A DNA stretch of 52,111 nucleotides from Octopus bimaculoides (GCF_001194135.2 NC_068989.1:62769178-62821288), one strand, 5' to 3'. Numbered from the stretch's first letter, positions 1 to 13,200 are shown. Translations and numbers: made by a program. Notes: a model not told the origin generated them from the sequence alone.

Positions 1-66
<66 letters not shown>
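1..66. repeat. (AG)n microsatellite
   Basis: Direct: uninterrupted AG dinucleotide run at the window start. Confidence 0.98.
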
Positions 67-72
<6 letters not shown>

Positions 73-799
73 ATACATATATAACATACTATGCTGGGAT
101 GCGCTCACACAGAGATATACATACACACATGTTACCATCAAGTGAATGGCTCACATAGGACCGTGTTTTTCTCACTATAATCATCTTTCAGAAGGAAATT
201 CGATTTTGAAATTTGTTTATATTAATTATACATTGAGACAATAGCTTTAAATATTGCGTCTATGCATCTGAATATCTCATATAGTTAAATTTGGAACGTA
301 ATTGGCAGAGTAAAAAAACAAAAGGCAATTGTGACACATTTTTAAGTAACCAATCAGTGCATATTGACATACTCGTGTATAAAAAAAGCATTTATTTATT
401 GTGTATAATTAAATGTAGAGTTTATGAATATATATATAATAATGATTGCAAATTACTAAGAAAAACAGGGAAATTTCGAAAATATGTATCTTTACATATA
501 GGGAAATTTCATTCTTTTCCTTCCCTTTCTGAATGAGTTTGTACCTTACTATCCCCTTCTTTCACACTTTCTCAATCTCCATTACTTCATTTCACCCTCT
601 CTATCTCTCTCTATCTGTCTTACTCTGTCTATCAGGGTCCCTCTCCCTATCTATCAACCTCTATGTATCTTCTGGTTCTCATACTATATATGTATTATTG
701 TATATCGTGCGCTGATTTCCGAATATATATATCTGCTTATGTAGAATGAATATTCGTGCTTTTTTTATTGGAGTAATTCGAGTAAATCGAGTTTTAAAA

Positions 800-2075
800 A
801 AATGATATAAAAATGATATAAACATTAAAGAAACTGATAAAGGAAGTGCAGTAATGGTGATGGACACAGAGTACTAAAACTATTTAATACTCTCCATGTT
901 GGAAAACAATATTTACTATGAGAAGATAGTACAATACAACCCACAGAAAACAGACACTTAGACACTTATCTTCCTTACTTCAAATACATGGAAAGGGCCT
1001 CACTAAAAACGACATTGACTATTTATCCAATTTTAAATACAGACCAAGTCTATTCTACGGATTACCTAATGTACACAAAAATCTACATATTTGTAAAGCT
1101 TTCAAAGATTCTCCAAGCCTATGCATCATTGCTCCTCCCCCACTGACCTCAAACTAAGACCCATCATTGTTGGCTCTGCTTGAGAAACCCACCGTCTGAG
1201 AAATATTTTCGATATCCTACTCAAACCATTTCTAAAATGTATGAAATTCTTCATCAGGGATGATTTAGACAAGCTTAAACACCTCCTGGAGACAATAAAT
1301 GAAGGAACCCTGTTAGTATCATTCGATGTGGTGAACATGTACGCCAATATCCCACACGATTATGGTATAGAAGCAATCACCTTCTGCCTAGAAAAATACC
1401 CACAAGAGATCCCAGGACGAATCAACAACAGATTCATAAGCGCAGCACTGAAATTCATCCTACTGAACAATTATTTCATGTTCGAAACAGTTTACTATCG
1501 ACAAAAATGTGGAATTGCAATCGGAATCCGAGCTGCCCCAGTGATGGTGAACCTTGTAATGGGTTACCTAGAACTTAAAATATACCAATCATCATTACAA
1601 AAATATGGCACCTCATTTCATTGATATTTAAAGGCAAACTAGAAGAGGTATTTAGATGATTGTTTTATACTTTGGAAAGATAGCATGGACATACACTTCG
1701 ATTTCAAAATAATGCTCAACAATATCAATAGCAACATACAGTTCGGCATGGAACACAGCAATAAACAACTCTTTTTTCTTTACATCCTAATTAAAATAGT
1801 CAGTAACCACATCGAAACGGACATCTTCTATAAACCACATCGCATAACCACATGGAAACGGATATCTATAAACCTACAGATTCAAACCAATATTTATTAT
1901 TCAACTCATGCCACCCCAAACACATAAAAATTAATATACCTTATAATCTACTGAAAGGAATATGTACCATAGTTTCGAACACCAATGCACGTGAACGAAG
2001 ACTCCCTGAACTCAGATTAATACTAATCAGGAGACATTATCCAACATCATTAATAAATGATGGAATTCAATGAGC
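800..2075 (+). mobile_element. Penelope-like element (PLE) reverse transcriptase remnant with stops and frameshifts
   Basis: Translated motifs in PLE RT order: ETDKGSAVMVMD (~830-870), FYGLPNVHK...LRPIIVG, LVSFDVVNMYANIP, YYRQKCGIAIGIRAAPVMVNLVMGYLE, KRYLDDCFILW (~1640-1675), TDIYKPTDSNQYLLFNSCHPKHIKINIPY. Family assignment is from known PLE motifs. Confidence 0.9.
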
Positions 2076-2106
2076 AAAGGAAATACATACATACATATAT
2101 ATTCCC

Positions 2107-2160
<54 letters not shown>

Positions 2161-2460
2161 NNNNNNNNNNNNNNNNNNNNNNNNNNNNNNNNNNNNNNNN
2201 NNNNNNNNNNNNNNNNNNNNNNNNNNNNNNNNNNNNNNNNNNNNNNNNNNNNNNNNNNNNNNNNNNNNNNNNNNNNNNNNNNNNNNNNNNNNNNNNNNNN
2301 NNNNNNNNNNNNNNNNNGTATGTATGTATGTATGTATGTATGTATGTATGTATGTATGTCTTATGTACGTATATAAACACGTATGTTTGTGTTTATATAT
2401 ATATATTGTATGCTTGCTTCTATATATGTATGTATCATTATTAGAATGCTGTATAAAGAC

Positions 2461-2545
2461 GGTGAACTGGCTGAATCACTAGCACGCTGGACTAAATGTT
2501 TCGTGTTATTTAGCCCGGCGGTACGTTCTGAGGTCACAGTTGTTC
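2461..2545 (+). mobile_element. tRNA-derived SINE 5' fragment (family A)
   Basis: Head GGTGAACTGGCTGAATCACTAGCACG...GTTCTGAGGTCA resembles the copies at 2900, 10697, 33530 and 51305. Confidence 0.65.
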
Positions 2546-2574
2546 ATAATCATGCAGAGGTTTCTCTTCAACCT

Positions 2575-2805
2575 ATCTGACGAGCTCTCTTTGTATTTTA
2601 TTATTGTCGTTTTCCCACATTACGCATTTGATTACCTGTTCTTTATTCATTGTCTTTGATAGTTTTTCTGTGATTCTCTTTACATTGTCTTCTAAGCTTT
2701 TTCTTTCCATCTGTACATATTCTGCTACTGCTATTAAGCCATTTCCACCATGGTCTCTCCTCATATACAGCTGCTTGATATCAGTTTTCGGATCGTGCGT
2801 TCCAT

Positions 2806-2808
<3 letters not shown>
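2575..2808 (-). mobile_element. R4/Dong-like LINE fragment (post-RT region)
   Basis: Minus-strand peptide HDPKTDIKQLYMRRDHGGNGLIAVAEYVQMERKSL matches HSKSDTDRLYLSRRKGGRVLISCQECIGAEENSL of the long R4-like copy at ~32300-32410. Confidence 0.8.
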
Positions 2809-2849
<41 letters not shown>

Positions 2850-2898
2850 TTCATCGTCATCATCCTCATCCTCATCATCATCATCGTCGTCGTCGTCA
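2808..2898. repeat. (CAT)n/(CGT)n trinucleotide microsatellite
   Basis: Direct. Confidence 0.95.
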
Positions 2899-2899
2899 A

Positions 2900-3070
2900 G
2901 GTGATGAGTAGGTAGAATCGTTAGTACGATGAACAAAATAATTAGCGGCATTTCTGCTTTAATGGCTTTACGCTCTGATTTCAAAGTTCTCCATGGTCGA
3001 ATTTACTTTCAAATTTCCGGGACCTATAAATTATGTAACAGATGAGAATTGGGGTTGACTTACCCCCCTC
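2900..3070 (+). mobile_element. tRNA-derived SINE (family A), degenerate
   Basis: GTAGAATCGTTAGTACG...TTAGCGGCATTTC...ACGCTCTGATTTCAAA...GTCGA...; homologous to the other family A copies in the window. Confidence 0.75.
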
Positions 3071-4215
3071 TCTTTAATTGCCTTGTGCAAAACTTTGAAA
3101 CTAATATTAATTATCAATAAAGAATATTATTTATCCTTCCTATCAATTTTATTGCTCATTTTTCAATTACCTGTATCGATATGCTTTTAATATTTCACAT
3201 AGTATTTCCTAGTACTTGTAGTTGTTTTATAACCATAGCTTCTCGTTCCTCAAGCAGATCTAGAGTCAAGGAGATATAACAGTAAGGGATTCTTAATCAG
3301 TTTTCACGCATTGCATAATAGAGGCTACGTGTAGTTTGAAATGAATTGGCTGATATATGTGGCTTTCGTATTTGTGTTTCGGATTTATTGCCATGCTGTT
3401 AAAATTGAAATTACATAAATAAGTATATATACGTAACATCAAATTTGCCCAGAAGCGTAAATCATTTAATATCACAGTTTAATTTGGCAAACTGTAAATG
3501 AAAGTAAGTTGTTCATAATCATAAACTCTGAAATGTTGCTTTATGATATAATTGTAATTTGGTAGATTCATATTTTTAGAGCATAGTTTATATTTTCTAA
3601 TATAATTTCTGAGGTATTTTGTATTTTTTAATCAATGCGATTGCTTTTTGCATTTGTTCCAAATTATTTTTTCAACTTGTGATGCGCTTTAAGCTATAAA
3701 ATTAAATCGTTTACAGTGAAACACAGTGTTTATCTTATTTTGAACTCTACTTAAATGTATCGCATTCATATATTGCTGTAATAAACGTCACATAAATTTA
3801 AATAATATTGATCAAGGATTTTTAATTAAACATGCTTCATATTATTAAGAACTGGAAAATATATAACTATTTTCAGCGAGTATGTAATGAAAATCTTGCA
3901 TAAACACGCGTCTTATATTCGATATCAGATGTAGTACATGTCGCTGTGTTAGAAGTGAAATGCAAACAAATTCTTAGTGTTTTTAAATCACCTTTCCTCG
4001 TATGTATTCAGGTCTCCTTTGCTACTCCACTGTTTGTCTGCGTGACAGTTGGTCAGAAGTTTACAACCTTTCTTTGTAAACTAGATATAAGTTTCTCAAT
4101 AATATTGTTTACATGTTGGTAATTCATAGATAAATTTAGTTGAATCAATAATTTTTTAAACTTTACGATGAAAGTAAACAAACAAAGTTTGTTCTTTTTT
4201 AGAAGCGTTGAGATA

Positions 4216-4479
4216 TATTGTAAGATACAGAAATAAATAAATTTCTCAAACGCGTGATAATGCTATAAATAGCGAGATCAGGATAAATTATCCATTTATT
4301 GCAGAAAAATACGTTACTGGCCAGCCATGAGACTCGAACTCACATCTGTGAGTTCAGGTCTCATGGCTGGCCAGTAATGTATGTATTTTTCTGCAATAAA
4401 TGGTTAATTTATCCTGATCTCGCTATTTATAGCATTATCACGCGTTTGAGAAATAAATGTATTTCTGTATCTTACAATA
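4216..4479. repeat. 264-bp near-perfect inverted repeat (foldback/MITE-like)
   Basis: Direct: arms ~4216-4344 and ~4347-4479 are reverse complements with about 7 mismatches and one 4-nt indel; 2-nt spacer; TA at both outer ends. Confidence 0.95.
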
Positions 4480-7400
4480 ATTTTTTTTCTTTCCTTATTT
4501 ATATTTGTCTACCTGTGTAACCATTTGAATGTATCATCTCACCTTGTATACGGACGTTTATGTAACTTCTCCAGTTCATCACCTATGTAGGATCTGTATA
4601 TATTCAAATGATTTCAGTAATGTAACTCGACAAAAATCATGGACACGATTGAGGACCAAAGATATGAGTTTTAATTTTAAATTCATATGATTATCTCGTA
4701 TTTGCTGAGAAGCGGGCAATAAGACAATATTTTTATGAACTTAACGAATTAATTACGTTTCAACGAGAATAAAGTATGTATGTTTGTATCTAACTGGCGT
4801 AAGTGTGTCTATACAGATGTATGTATGCGCATAAGTCTGATATCAGAAGCATTGAAGGAATTCTAGAATAGTGGCAGTATTACTTATTAGAAAAAAAAAA
4901 AAAAAATTCTTTTGTTTTTTAAAGAGTAACTTCGGAAATTATTTGGAGGAAAGTATCTATAGCTTTTACAATTTCTCTTATAAATGTTTGTGCATCACAG
5001 AAGGAATGCGGTTTGATCCAAATGTCTTAGAGAATGTAGACTTCTTTAGTATAAGAACTAGTCTAAAAGAGGATATNNNNNNNNNNNNNNNNNNNNNNNN
5101 NNNNNNNNNNNNNNNNNNNNNNNNNNNNNNNNNNNNNNNNNNNNNNNNNNNNNNNNNNNNNNNNNNNNNNNNNNNNNNNNNNNNNNNNNNNNNNNNNNNN
5201 NNNNNNNNNNNNNNNNNNNNNNNNNNNNNNNNNNNNNNNNNNNNNNNNNNNNNNNNNNNNNNNNNNNNNNNNNNNNNNNNNNNNNNNNNNNNNNNNNNNN
5301 NNNNNNNNNNNNNNNNNNNNNNNNNNNNNNNNNNNNNNNNNNNNNNNNNNNNNNNNNNNNNNNNNNNNNNNNNNNNNNNNNNNNNNNNNNNNNNNNNNNN
5401 NNNNNNNNNNNNNNNNNNNNNNNNNNNNNNNNNNNNNNNNNNNNNNNNNNNNNNNNNNNNNNNNNNNNNNNNNNNNNNNNNNNNNNNNNNNNNNNNNNNN
5501 NNNNNNNNNNNNNNNNNNNNNNNNNNNNNNNNNNNNNNNNNNNNNNNNNNNNNNNNNNNNNNNNNNNNNNNNNNNNNNNNNNNNNNNNNNNNNNNNNNNN
5601 NNNNNNNNNNNNNNNNNNNNNNNNNNNNNNNNNNNNNNNNNNNNNNNNNNNNNNNNNNNNNNNNNNNNNNNNNNNNNNNNNNNNNNNNNNNNNNNNNNNN
5701 NNNNNNNNNNNNNNNNNNNNNNNNNNNNNNNNNNNNNNNNTATATATATATGAATATATATATAAAGAGTGAGATAAATGGAAATAGATGGAAGAATACA
5801 TTCATATATTTTGTAAGATGAAATAATTAAAGAATGTTATAATCTAATCAATGGATTGGTATAACATAAACATAGATTATAATGGTAATAAACGTACGTA
5901 AGTACATGATGTTAGTAAAGGCACGTAAGGAAATGATGCGTTCGGCAACGGCAACAATCACTTAATAATAGAGCAAATACAAATCTTGCAATTATATAAT
6001 TGAAGAAGTGTTTTGCAGCTAACCTAGCCGTTGTATGCCAAATGATACAATGTGACATCATTTTTGCTTCAAAACACAATTTTGAGTTCTTCTCTTACGT
6101 ATATAAACCACTAAATTTTGATAAGTAAGTAGCTTGATGTGCAGTTTTCTACACTCGCTATATCTTATCAATATAGAGCTGCTTGCCTTACATACTACAT
6201 GTATAATTTGTGTGTGTGCGTGTTGTTTGTGATTCCCTGAATTTCTAGAATGTTACACGTTTTCTACTGCATCCCACAGTCACAGTTTGAACTGGTTTGT
6301 CTGAAACCGATATACAATTTTGTAAGTTTTGCAGTTTACTTGCGAGCAATTAGCAGAATAGCTTATAGTGTATACCATATACGTACCTAGCATTTAAACG
6401 AAAGCGGCTGGTATTATAATAGCAATAGAGCTAGTCGGGATATTGTGTATTTTAAGCTTTACATTAACAAGAATTTTAAGTAAGTTAGTCGAATAAATGC
6501 ATTTTATTGTGTTGCTGAAAACGTGTAATGACAAAGTAAAATTTACATGTGCATGACGTTAGAAATACTGTCCTTAGACAGTGAAACGAAACTAAAATTC
6601 TATATTCTTTTTTTTTTTTTTACTTTGTTTTCCTTTTTGGTTCTTTATCGCTAATTCTTACTGTGTCATTTGAAGAGCTTTTTGATATAAGTTACCCCAA
6701 AGCCCGATCTACAATAGTGTTTCAGTTACATTATTAAAGAAAGACGCAATATGCTCAATATATGTGTTAATTGACGTAAGAGGACAACATTTCTTTTGTA
6801 CATGCTTTGTAGGTGTAATATTGGCAATTATCTAAGTTTAATCTGACGTCAACAAAATTAATTAATCTTTAGATAATTGTTGACTACAATTACAAGATCA
6901 ACTCATTAAATGAAATAATTGGGTTATTTTCTGAAATCAATATTTTTGTTTATCATTCGTTTTAGTAATATAATGAGGCCCTTATCTTCACAGAGCCCGA
7001 TTCGCAAACATTACCTGTAGATTAATTCCTACGTTTTCACCAATTCATTTCATATCATGCTAAAATCAATGAAGGAATTACCTTTTTTTTACGCACAGGT
7101 TTTTAAATGATAATATTTGCCAATTTCCCAGTATAACAATTTTAATTGCTGATACAGAAATGGGGATGCCTCTGCAAGCAAAGCCGAATATTTTCAAAAG
7201 AAAAGGTTAGGGAATTGAAGAGTATTAAGTGATTATATCAATTAGGTTGCATTTAAATTTCATTTCATTACTGATGCCAGTCGACCAATTATTTAATTGA
7301 AATGGTATTGTTCCATATCAATAAAATCAAAATGGATTATATTTGAGAAATACGTTGCCGAAAAACGTTCGCTAAACCATATATTTAAATATCATCGCGC

Positions 7401-8351
7401 TAGTAGATAGATTAAACGTGAAACGTGGCCTCCGTTTAAATCACACTTCGAATTTAGCGTGTAAAGTTATGAGAGTTGCTCTCATTTAGCTTTTAAATTA
7501 ATGTCATATAGTTTGTATAAATTAATTCACACGAAATTATGTCTAGGGAGAAATTTTTGGTAGATAGAATGGATACGTTCATAGATCCGTGTGAAAAAGA
7601 ATAAGAAGAATTGTTTGCACGTACATAAATACGCAAAGGGAGGATTGGTCTACGTTAGGTATATTTTTACAAAAACACACTATACGTCCTTAAAGGAATC
7701 TCCCTTATCCAAATACCGAAGTTACAAGCTTTTTGACGGGCGTCCATTAAATAAGGGATATTGGTAATATATGAAGTTTTGAGCTGCTTCTAACAATAAT
7801 TCAATTATATACATATCGTGTGTGAATGTGTGTATGTTCGTGTTAATATGTGTTTGTATAGATGGAAATATATTTACAGCCTTGTGTCTATTCCATCGTC
7901 AGGTGTATGAGTTTCACTGCTTCCAACAAATAAATAATATTTTCAATGATTTACTGTGGATACCTTAGTATTGCCGTGATAAAATTGGTCTCGCATTCCT
8001 GTGTGATTTCCAAGAAGAATCTATTCAAAAAGATTAGTATGAGCATAGTTAAACGTAAATTCACTTTCTCATGTTTTCATGTAGTGAGATCGAATTCGTG
8101 GAATTACGTTTTAAAACTGCAAATTTAGACCATCCAACCATGCCAGTCTCTACACGCACATACCAAGATACATATATTCTTACATGCACTTGTACAACTA
8201 CATACCTTCATTTAAACACACACAATATGTATTGTATACACATACGTATATATATGTATGCATATATATATATATATATACGTTTATATGTGTATGTGTA
8301 TGTCTGTATGAATGGATGCATGTAAATATATATACATATATATACATGTAT

Positions 8352-8390
<39 letters not shown>

Positions 8391-8641
8391 TACATATACA
8401 TGTTCATGTATGTACAGTTATATATAAACATGTATGTTTGTACATTTATATATAATCATGCATATATATANNNNNNNNNNNNNNNNNNNNNNNNNNNNNN
8501 NNNNNNNNNNNNNNNNNNNNNNNNNNNNNNNNNNNNNNNNNNNNNNNNNNNNNNNNNNNNNNNNNNNNNNNNNNNNNNNNNNNNNNNNNNATATGAGATA
8601 AAGAATGAGATAAAGAGACCAATTTATATTCTATGTAGACT

Positions 8642-8690
8642 GTCTTACAGCTGATTCAGGGAAAATTCAATGTATCCCTTCATCGGAGAC
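8642..8690 (-). ncRNA. Type-I hammerhead ribozyme-like motif (variant core, probably inactive copy)
   Basis: Minus strand: GTCT CCGATGA AGGGA-[12 nt]-TCCCT GAATC AGCT GTA/AGAC. Stem I GTCT/AGAC, 5-bp stem II, palindromic AGCT in stem III, GUA cleavage triplet. GAATC replaces the conserved GAAAC. Confidence 0.7.
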
Positions 8691-10696
8691 GGTAATAGTA
8701 GAAGTTGTGGATTATTAAATCTGAATGAGAAGATTTGCAGTAAGAAATGAGAGCGATGCGGATAAGAAAAGGCAAAGAAGAAAAAGTGATATGGCTGTTG
8801 TTCACAACAGAACATTTGAAACATATGTAAATGTGTGCCTCAAAGTTGGAGGATTGGAAAGGCATGTCAAAAGAGTTCATAATGTGGAACCTCTTTCTTC
8901 TGCCAGCCAGCAGCAGAGCTATGCATTATGTTATAGAATGCGCAAAACTTCCACCGTGATCAAGAGTCATACAAGGGCCTCAGATTGCATCAACAATGAC
9001 TCGTCAGTGATTCTTTCTAGCAATGACTTTGATCGTATACGAGAAAGCAGCTAAGATATAACTGCGTGTGTTTGTGTGTGTGTGTTTTCATTTAATATAT
9101 TTTGATGTAATTGAACCCTCCCCGTTGTTTCTCCGTCTAAAGTTACAGAATTAGGAAAGTGAAAAGCTCTTTAATAGTGTTTATGAATGGTGTGCGTACG
9201 GAGTAGATGTTTCTGTTTTTTTTGTTTTTTCTTTTTGGCGTTACCTTTGTTGCTATTTTCTTTTCTCTTTCATTTATTTTGTTGAATTATTGAGAGATTG
9301 GAATTCCTAGTGACGTTTACATGTCTTGCATTTGTTATTTTGATTTTGGAGTTGTTTATGTATGTTTATATGTTCAAGTTTAACCCTCACTTCCTGTGAT
9401 CTTCATTCAAACGTGTTAAGATTTTGAATCACATTTCAAATATTTTTTCTTTGAAATCAGATTTAAATAATTTCCTGAGGATTGGCTAAGAGCAATGTCA
9501 ACTTGTCTGTGTATGTGCTTGTGATTGTAATTGTTTGACTGTGTGTAAGTGCATAAGCGATGATAACTGAAAGAAAAATCAAAATGTTAATAGAATAAAG
9601 TTATAATAAAATTATAATTGAAAACAGAAAACCGGGGACAATCTGAGCTATTTTTCTGTATAATTTAATGACAAGAGTAATAATATTTACGAACGATAAT
9701 TTGGATTTGAATTTATGTTCGTAAAAGCTTGTTTGTCAGTATGTGTTTGTGGGTGCATGTTTGAGTGAATTTGCACTTCTATGTATGCGTGTAAAATNNN
9801 NNNNNNNNNNNNNNNNNNNNNNNNNNNNNNNNNNNNNNNNNNNNNNNNNNNNNNNNNNNNNNNNNNNNNNNNNNNNNNNNNNNNNNNNNNNNNNNNNNNN
9901 NNNNNNNNNNNNNNNNNNNNNNNNNNNNNNNNNNNNNNNNNNNNNNNNNNNNNNNNNNNNNNNNNNNNNNNNNNNNNNNNNNNNNNNNNNNNNNNNNNNN
10001 NNNNNNNNNNNNNNNNNNNNNNNNNNNNNNNNNNNNNNNNNNNNNNNNNNNNNNNNNNNNNNNNNNNNNNNNNNNNNNNNNNNNNNNNNNNNNNNNNNNN
10101 NNNNNNNNNNNNNNNNNNNNNNNNNNNNNNNNNNNNNNNNNNNNNNNNNNTATATATATATATATATATATATATGCGTATATAGATAGTTGGGAAACAC
10201 CATAGCCATGTGTTCAGAGGGATTAATGGGGGTTTTAGTAATTCAACTCTGGAACCATCAGCGCTTTGTTTATTGTCCTTAAACAACTTTTATTCAGGAT
10301 AGGTTACTTGAGATAAAGAAAATTATAGGTGTAAAATTCAAATAATGTTTCTCTCGATATAAGATTACCGTGTCATGCACATATGCTTGTGATGCATGTG
10401 CCTGATGTAGCCTTATAAGACAGGTAATCACGATGGGTATATCTGGCTTGGTATGTGTACGCCAGTGTCACATTAATGGCGTGGGCTGCTCTCTCACACA
10501 ATAAGAACACTAATGATGATTATGATGATGATGGTGAATGATGATGCTGATGATGATTTCTGCTATAGATACAAGTCCATAAGTTTCAAGAGATTGGGAC
10601 AAGTCATTCACAGCGATCCCGTTTCTCAACATGTACTTATTTTATCAACTGCGATAAAATAATCCTTTATAATATATGCACAAGGCGTGATATATC

Positions 10697-10838
10697 GGGG
10701 AGGGTACTAGTTGATTCCATTGACTCCAGTGTTTCACTGGTACTCAATTTATCGACTCTGAAACGATGAAGTTCAAGGTCAAACTCGACGGAATTTGCAG
10801 TCATTTCGTCCAGCGTGCTAACGATTCTGACAGCTGGC
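10697..10838 (-). mobile_element. tRNA-derived SINE (family A), internally deleted
   Basis: Minus strand CAGCTGTCAGAATCGTTAGCACGCTGGACGAAATG...GTCGATAAATTGAGTACCAG; homologous to other copies. Confidence 0.8.
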
Positions 10839-11067
10839 AAATCAAAATTAGATATCAAAATATTCGATATCTTTTTGAATCATAAACAACGTTACTTCAT
10901 AGAAAGTCGGTAATAATTTTGTAAAGAAAGAAATGGAAAAATAAATAAAGTGGACATAGTATTGAAAATACTAAATTCAAAAGTTTTGTCAAAAATAATA
11001 TATATTTCATTATTCAATCATCTCTATACAAATACAACTTTTATTAGTGTAAATTATTATTTTAAAA

Positions 11068-11107
<40 letters not shown>

Positions 11108-11744
11108 NNNNNNNNNNNNNNNNNNNNNNNNNNNNNNNNNNNNNNNNNNNNNNNNNNNNNNNNNNNNNNNNNNNNNNNNNNNNNNNNNNNNNNNNNNNNN
11201 NNNNNNNNNNNNNNNNNNNNNNNNNNNNNNNNNNNNNNNNNNNNNNNNNNNNNNNNNNNNNNNNNNNNNNNNNNNNNNNNNNNNNNNNNNNNNNNNNNNN
11301 NNNNNNNNNNNNNNNNNNNNNNNNNNNNNNNNNNNNNNNNNNNNNNNNNNNNNNNNNNNNNNNNNNNNNNNNNNNNNNNNNNNNNNNNNNNNNNNNNNNN
11401 NNNNNNNNNNNNNNNNNNNNNNNNNNNNNNNNNNNNNNNNNNNNNNNNNNNNNNNNNNNNNNNNNNNNNNNNNNNNNNNNNNNNNNNNNNNNNNNNNNNN
11501 NNNNNNNNNNNNNNNNNNNNNNNNNNNNNNNNNNNNNNNNNNNNNNNNNNNNNNNNNNNNNNNNNNNNNNNNNNNNNNNNNNNNNNNNNNNNNNNNNNNN
11601 NNNNNNNNNNNNNNNNNNNNNNNNNNNNNNNNNNNNNNNNNNNNNNNNNNNNNNNNNNNNNNNNNNNNNNNNNNNNNNNNNNNNNNNNNNNNNNNNNNNN
11701 NNNNNNNNNNNNNNNNNNNNNNNNNNNNNNNNNNNNNNNNNNNN

Positions 11745-11777
<33 letters not shown>

Positions 11778-11811
11778 ACATAGGTCAATTTCATTATTAT
11801 TATATATATAT

Positions 11812-12167
11812 CGTGGCAATCCGTCGGTTGCGACGACAAGGGTTCCAGTTGATCCGATCAACGAAAGACCCTGCTCGTGCAATTAACATGCAAGTGGCTG
11901 AGCACTCCACAGATACGTGTACCCTTAACGTAGTTCTCGGGGAGATTCAGCGTGACACAGACTGTGACAAGGCTGGACCTTTGAAATACAAGTACAACAG
12001 AAACAGAGCGAGAGAAAGCTGTGTGAAAGAGTACAGAAGGGTTCGCCACCACCCCCTGGCAGAGCCTCGTGGTGCTTTAGGTGTTGTCGCTCAATTAACA
12101 CTGACAATGCCGCATCTGAAAATCGAAACTGCTATCCTACGACTGCCCTAACCACTGGGCCATTGCA

Positions 12168-12170
<3 letters not shown>
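11812..12170 (-). mobile_element. tRNA-derived SINE (family B)
   Basis: Minus-strand head GTGGTGCAATGGCCCAGTGGTTAGGGCAG (A-box-like); body homologous to 23205-23530 and 37000-37290. Confidence 0.85.
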
Positions 12171-12221
<51 letters not shown>

Positions 12222-12719
12222 GTATATATATGAAATTGAATAGAGTCAAGAAGGGGTATGTTTAGACAGTTATTTATTAAACCCTACACGTTTTGATAGT
12301 GCCGTCTATTTCGAAATTCTAAGGAAGAACGAGCTCTACTTTGTACCCTCATAGGTTCCTAACGGAATAGACCTTACATATATATAATGATTAAATTTTA
12401 AAATCTTATTCTTCTAAAATACAAGACCATTTGACTCTACTCTATAAGGGTAAATTCCTGGGTGTGCCTCAGTAAATTTCTGCATATATGTGGATGTGTG
12501 TATATCTATAGTTATGTATATACATATTTATGCGTGTGTGTGTGTGTGTGTTATTATCTCAGAACGTGATACAAGAGATGCAAGTGATAAGGTAGATACA
12601 AGTGATATAGAGATATAGGGGAGATAAAACAACCATAGCGGCTTATGTGCTAATGATCATAGCGGCTTGTATATGGGTGTTATTCGTGGGGAGGGGGAAA
12701 TACATTTAGATTTATGAAA

Positions 12720-13200
12720 TAATTTTTAAATGTTGAAGAATTTCTGCTTGCACATAGTGAACGCTTTGTTGTGTTTATTAAGCCATTGTGGTGAGTTATA
12801 GGTTAAAATTTCGCGGGCCACAAAGGGAGTGTTTGCCCTAATACGAGATACACGACTGTATTATAGCACAAAACAGTTTATATTGCACAAAACAGTTTAT
12901 ATTGCATTAAGTAGATAGTGTACGTGGCTGTGTAGTGATGTGGAATTGCTATTCTCTTTATATTTAAACGATTTTAAATGTGCATAATATCATTGTTTAA
13001 AATTTTTGGTAGATCAAATGTAGTAGCTATAGGAGTTATTTACTATGTTGTGAACCGTGCATTGGTATACAACGTTGAATCTTCTGTACTGGGCTTGCAG
13101 CGGGCAGTCTGCCCCGGATTGCAGTTGCATTCATGAGTTTTACGATGGTTAATCAGAGTGAGAGATGAGGTAGTGCTGGCAGACGCTTGGGTAGTATTAG
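12720..13200 (-). mobile_element. PLE GIY-YIG endonuclease remnant
   Basis: Minus strand, one frameshift: HECNC...DCPLQAQYRRFNVVYQCTV...YYI*STKNFKQ*YYAHLKSFKYKENSNSTSLHSHV, then LNKHNKAFTMCKQ. This matches the PLE linker CxC..CPL and GIY-YIG pattern. Confidence 0.8.

Noticed and set aside
7890-7915. CTGACGA with nearby GAAAC on the minus strand
   Set aside because: The order and spacing cannot form a three-way junction.
8651-8718. Apparent plus-strand exon after TCTTACAG (DSGKIQCIPSSETVIVEVVDY*)
   Set aside because: Better explained as the reverse complement of the hammerhead motif at 8642-8690.
12281-12315. Hammerhead-like 3' half (ATAG-ACGGCA-CTAT C AAAAC GT GTA) on the minus strand
   Set aside because: The CUGANGA core is absent and GAAA is mutated; at most a relic.
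13166-13190. TGAGGTAGT, identical to the let-7 5' end
   Set aside because: The match stops after 9 nt, there is no hairpin, and it lies in the antisense strand of a PLE remnant.
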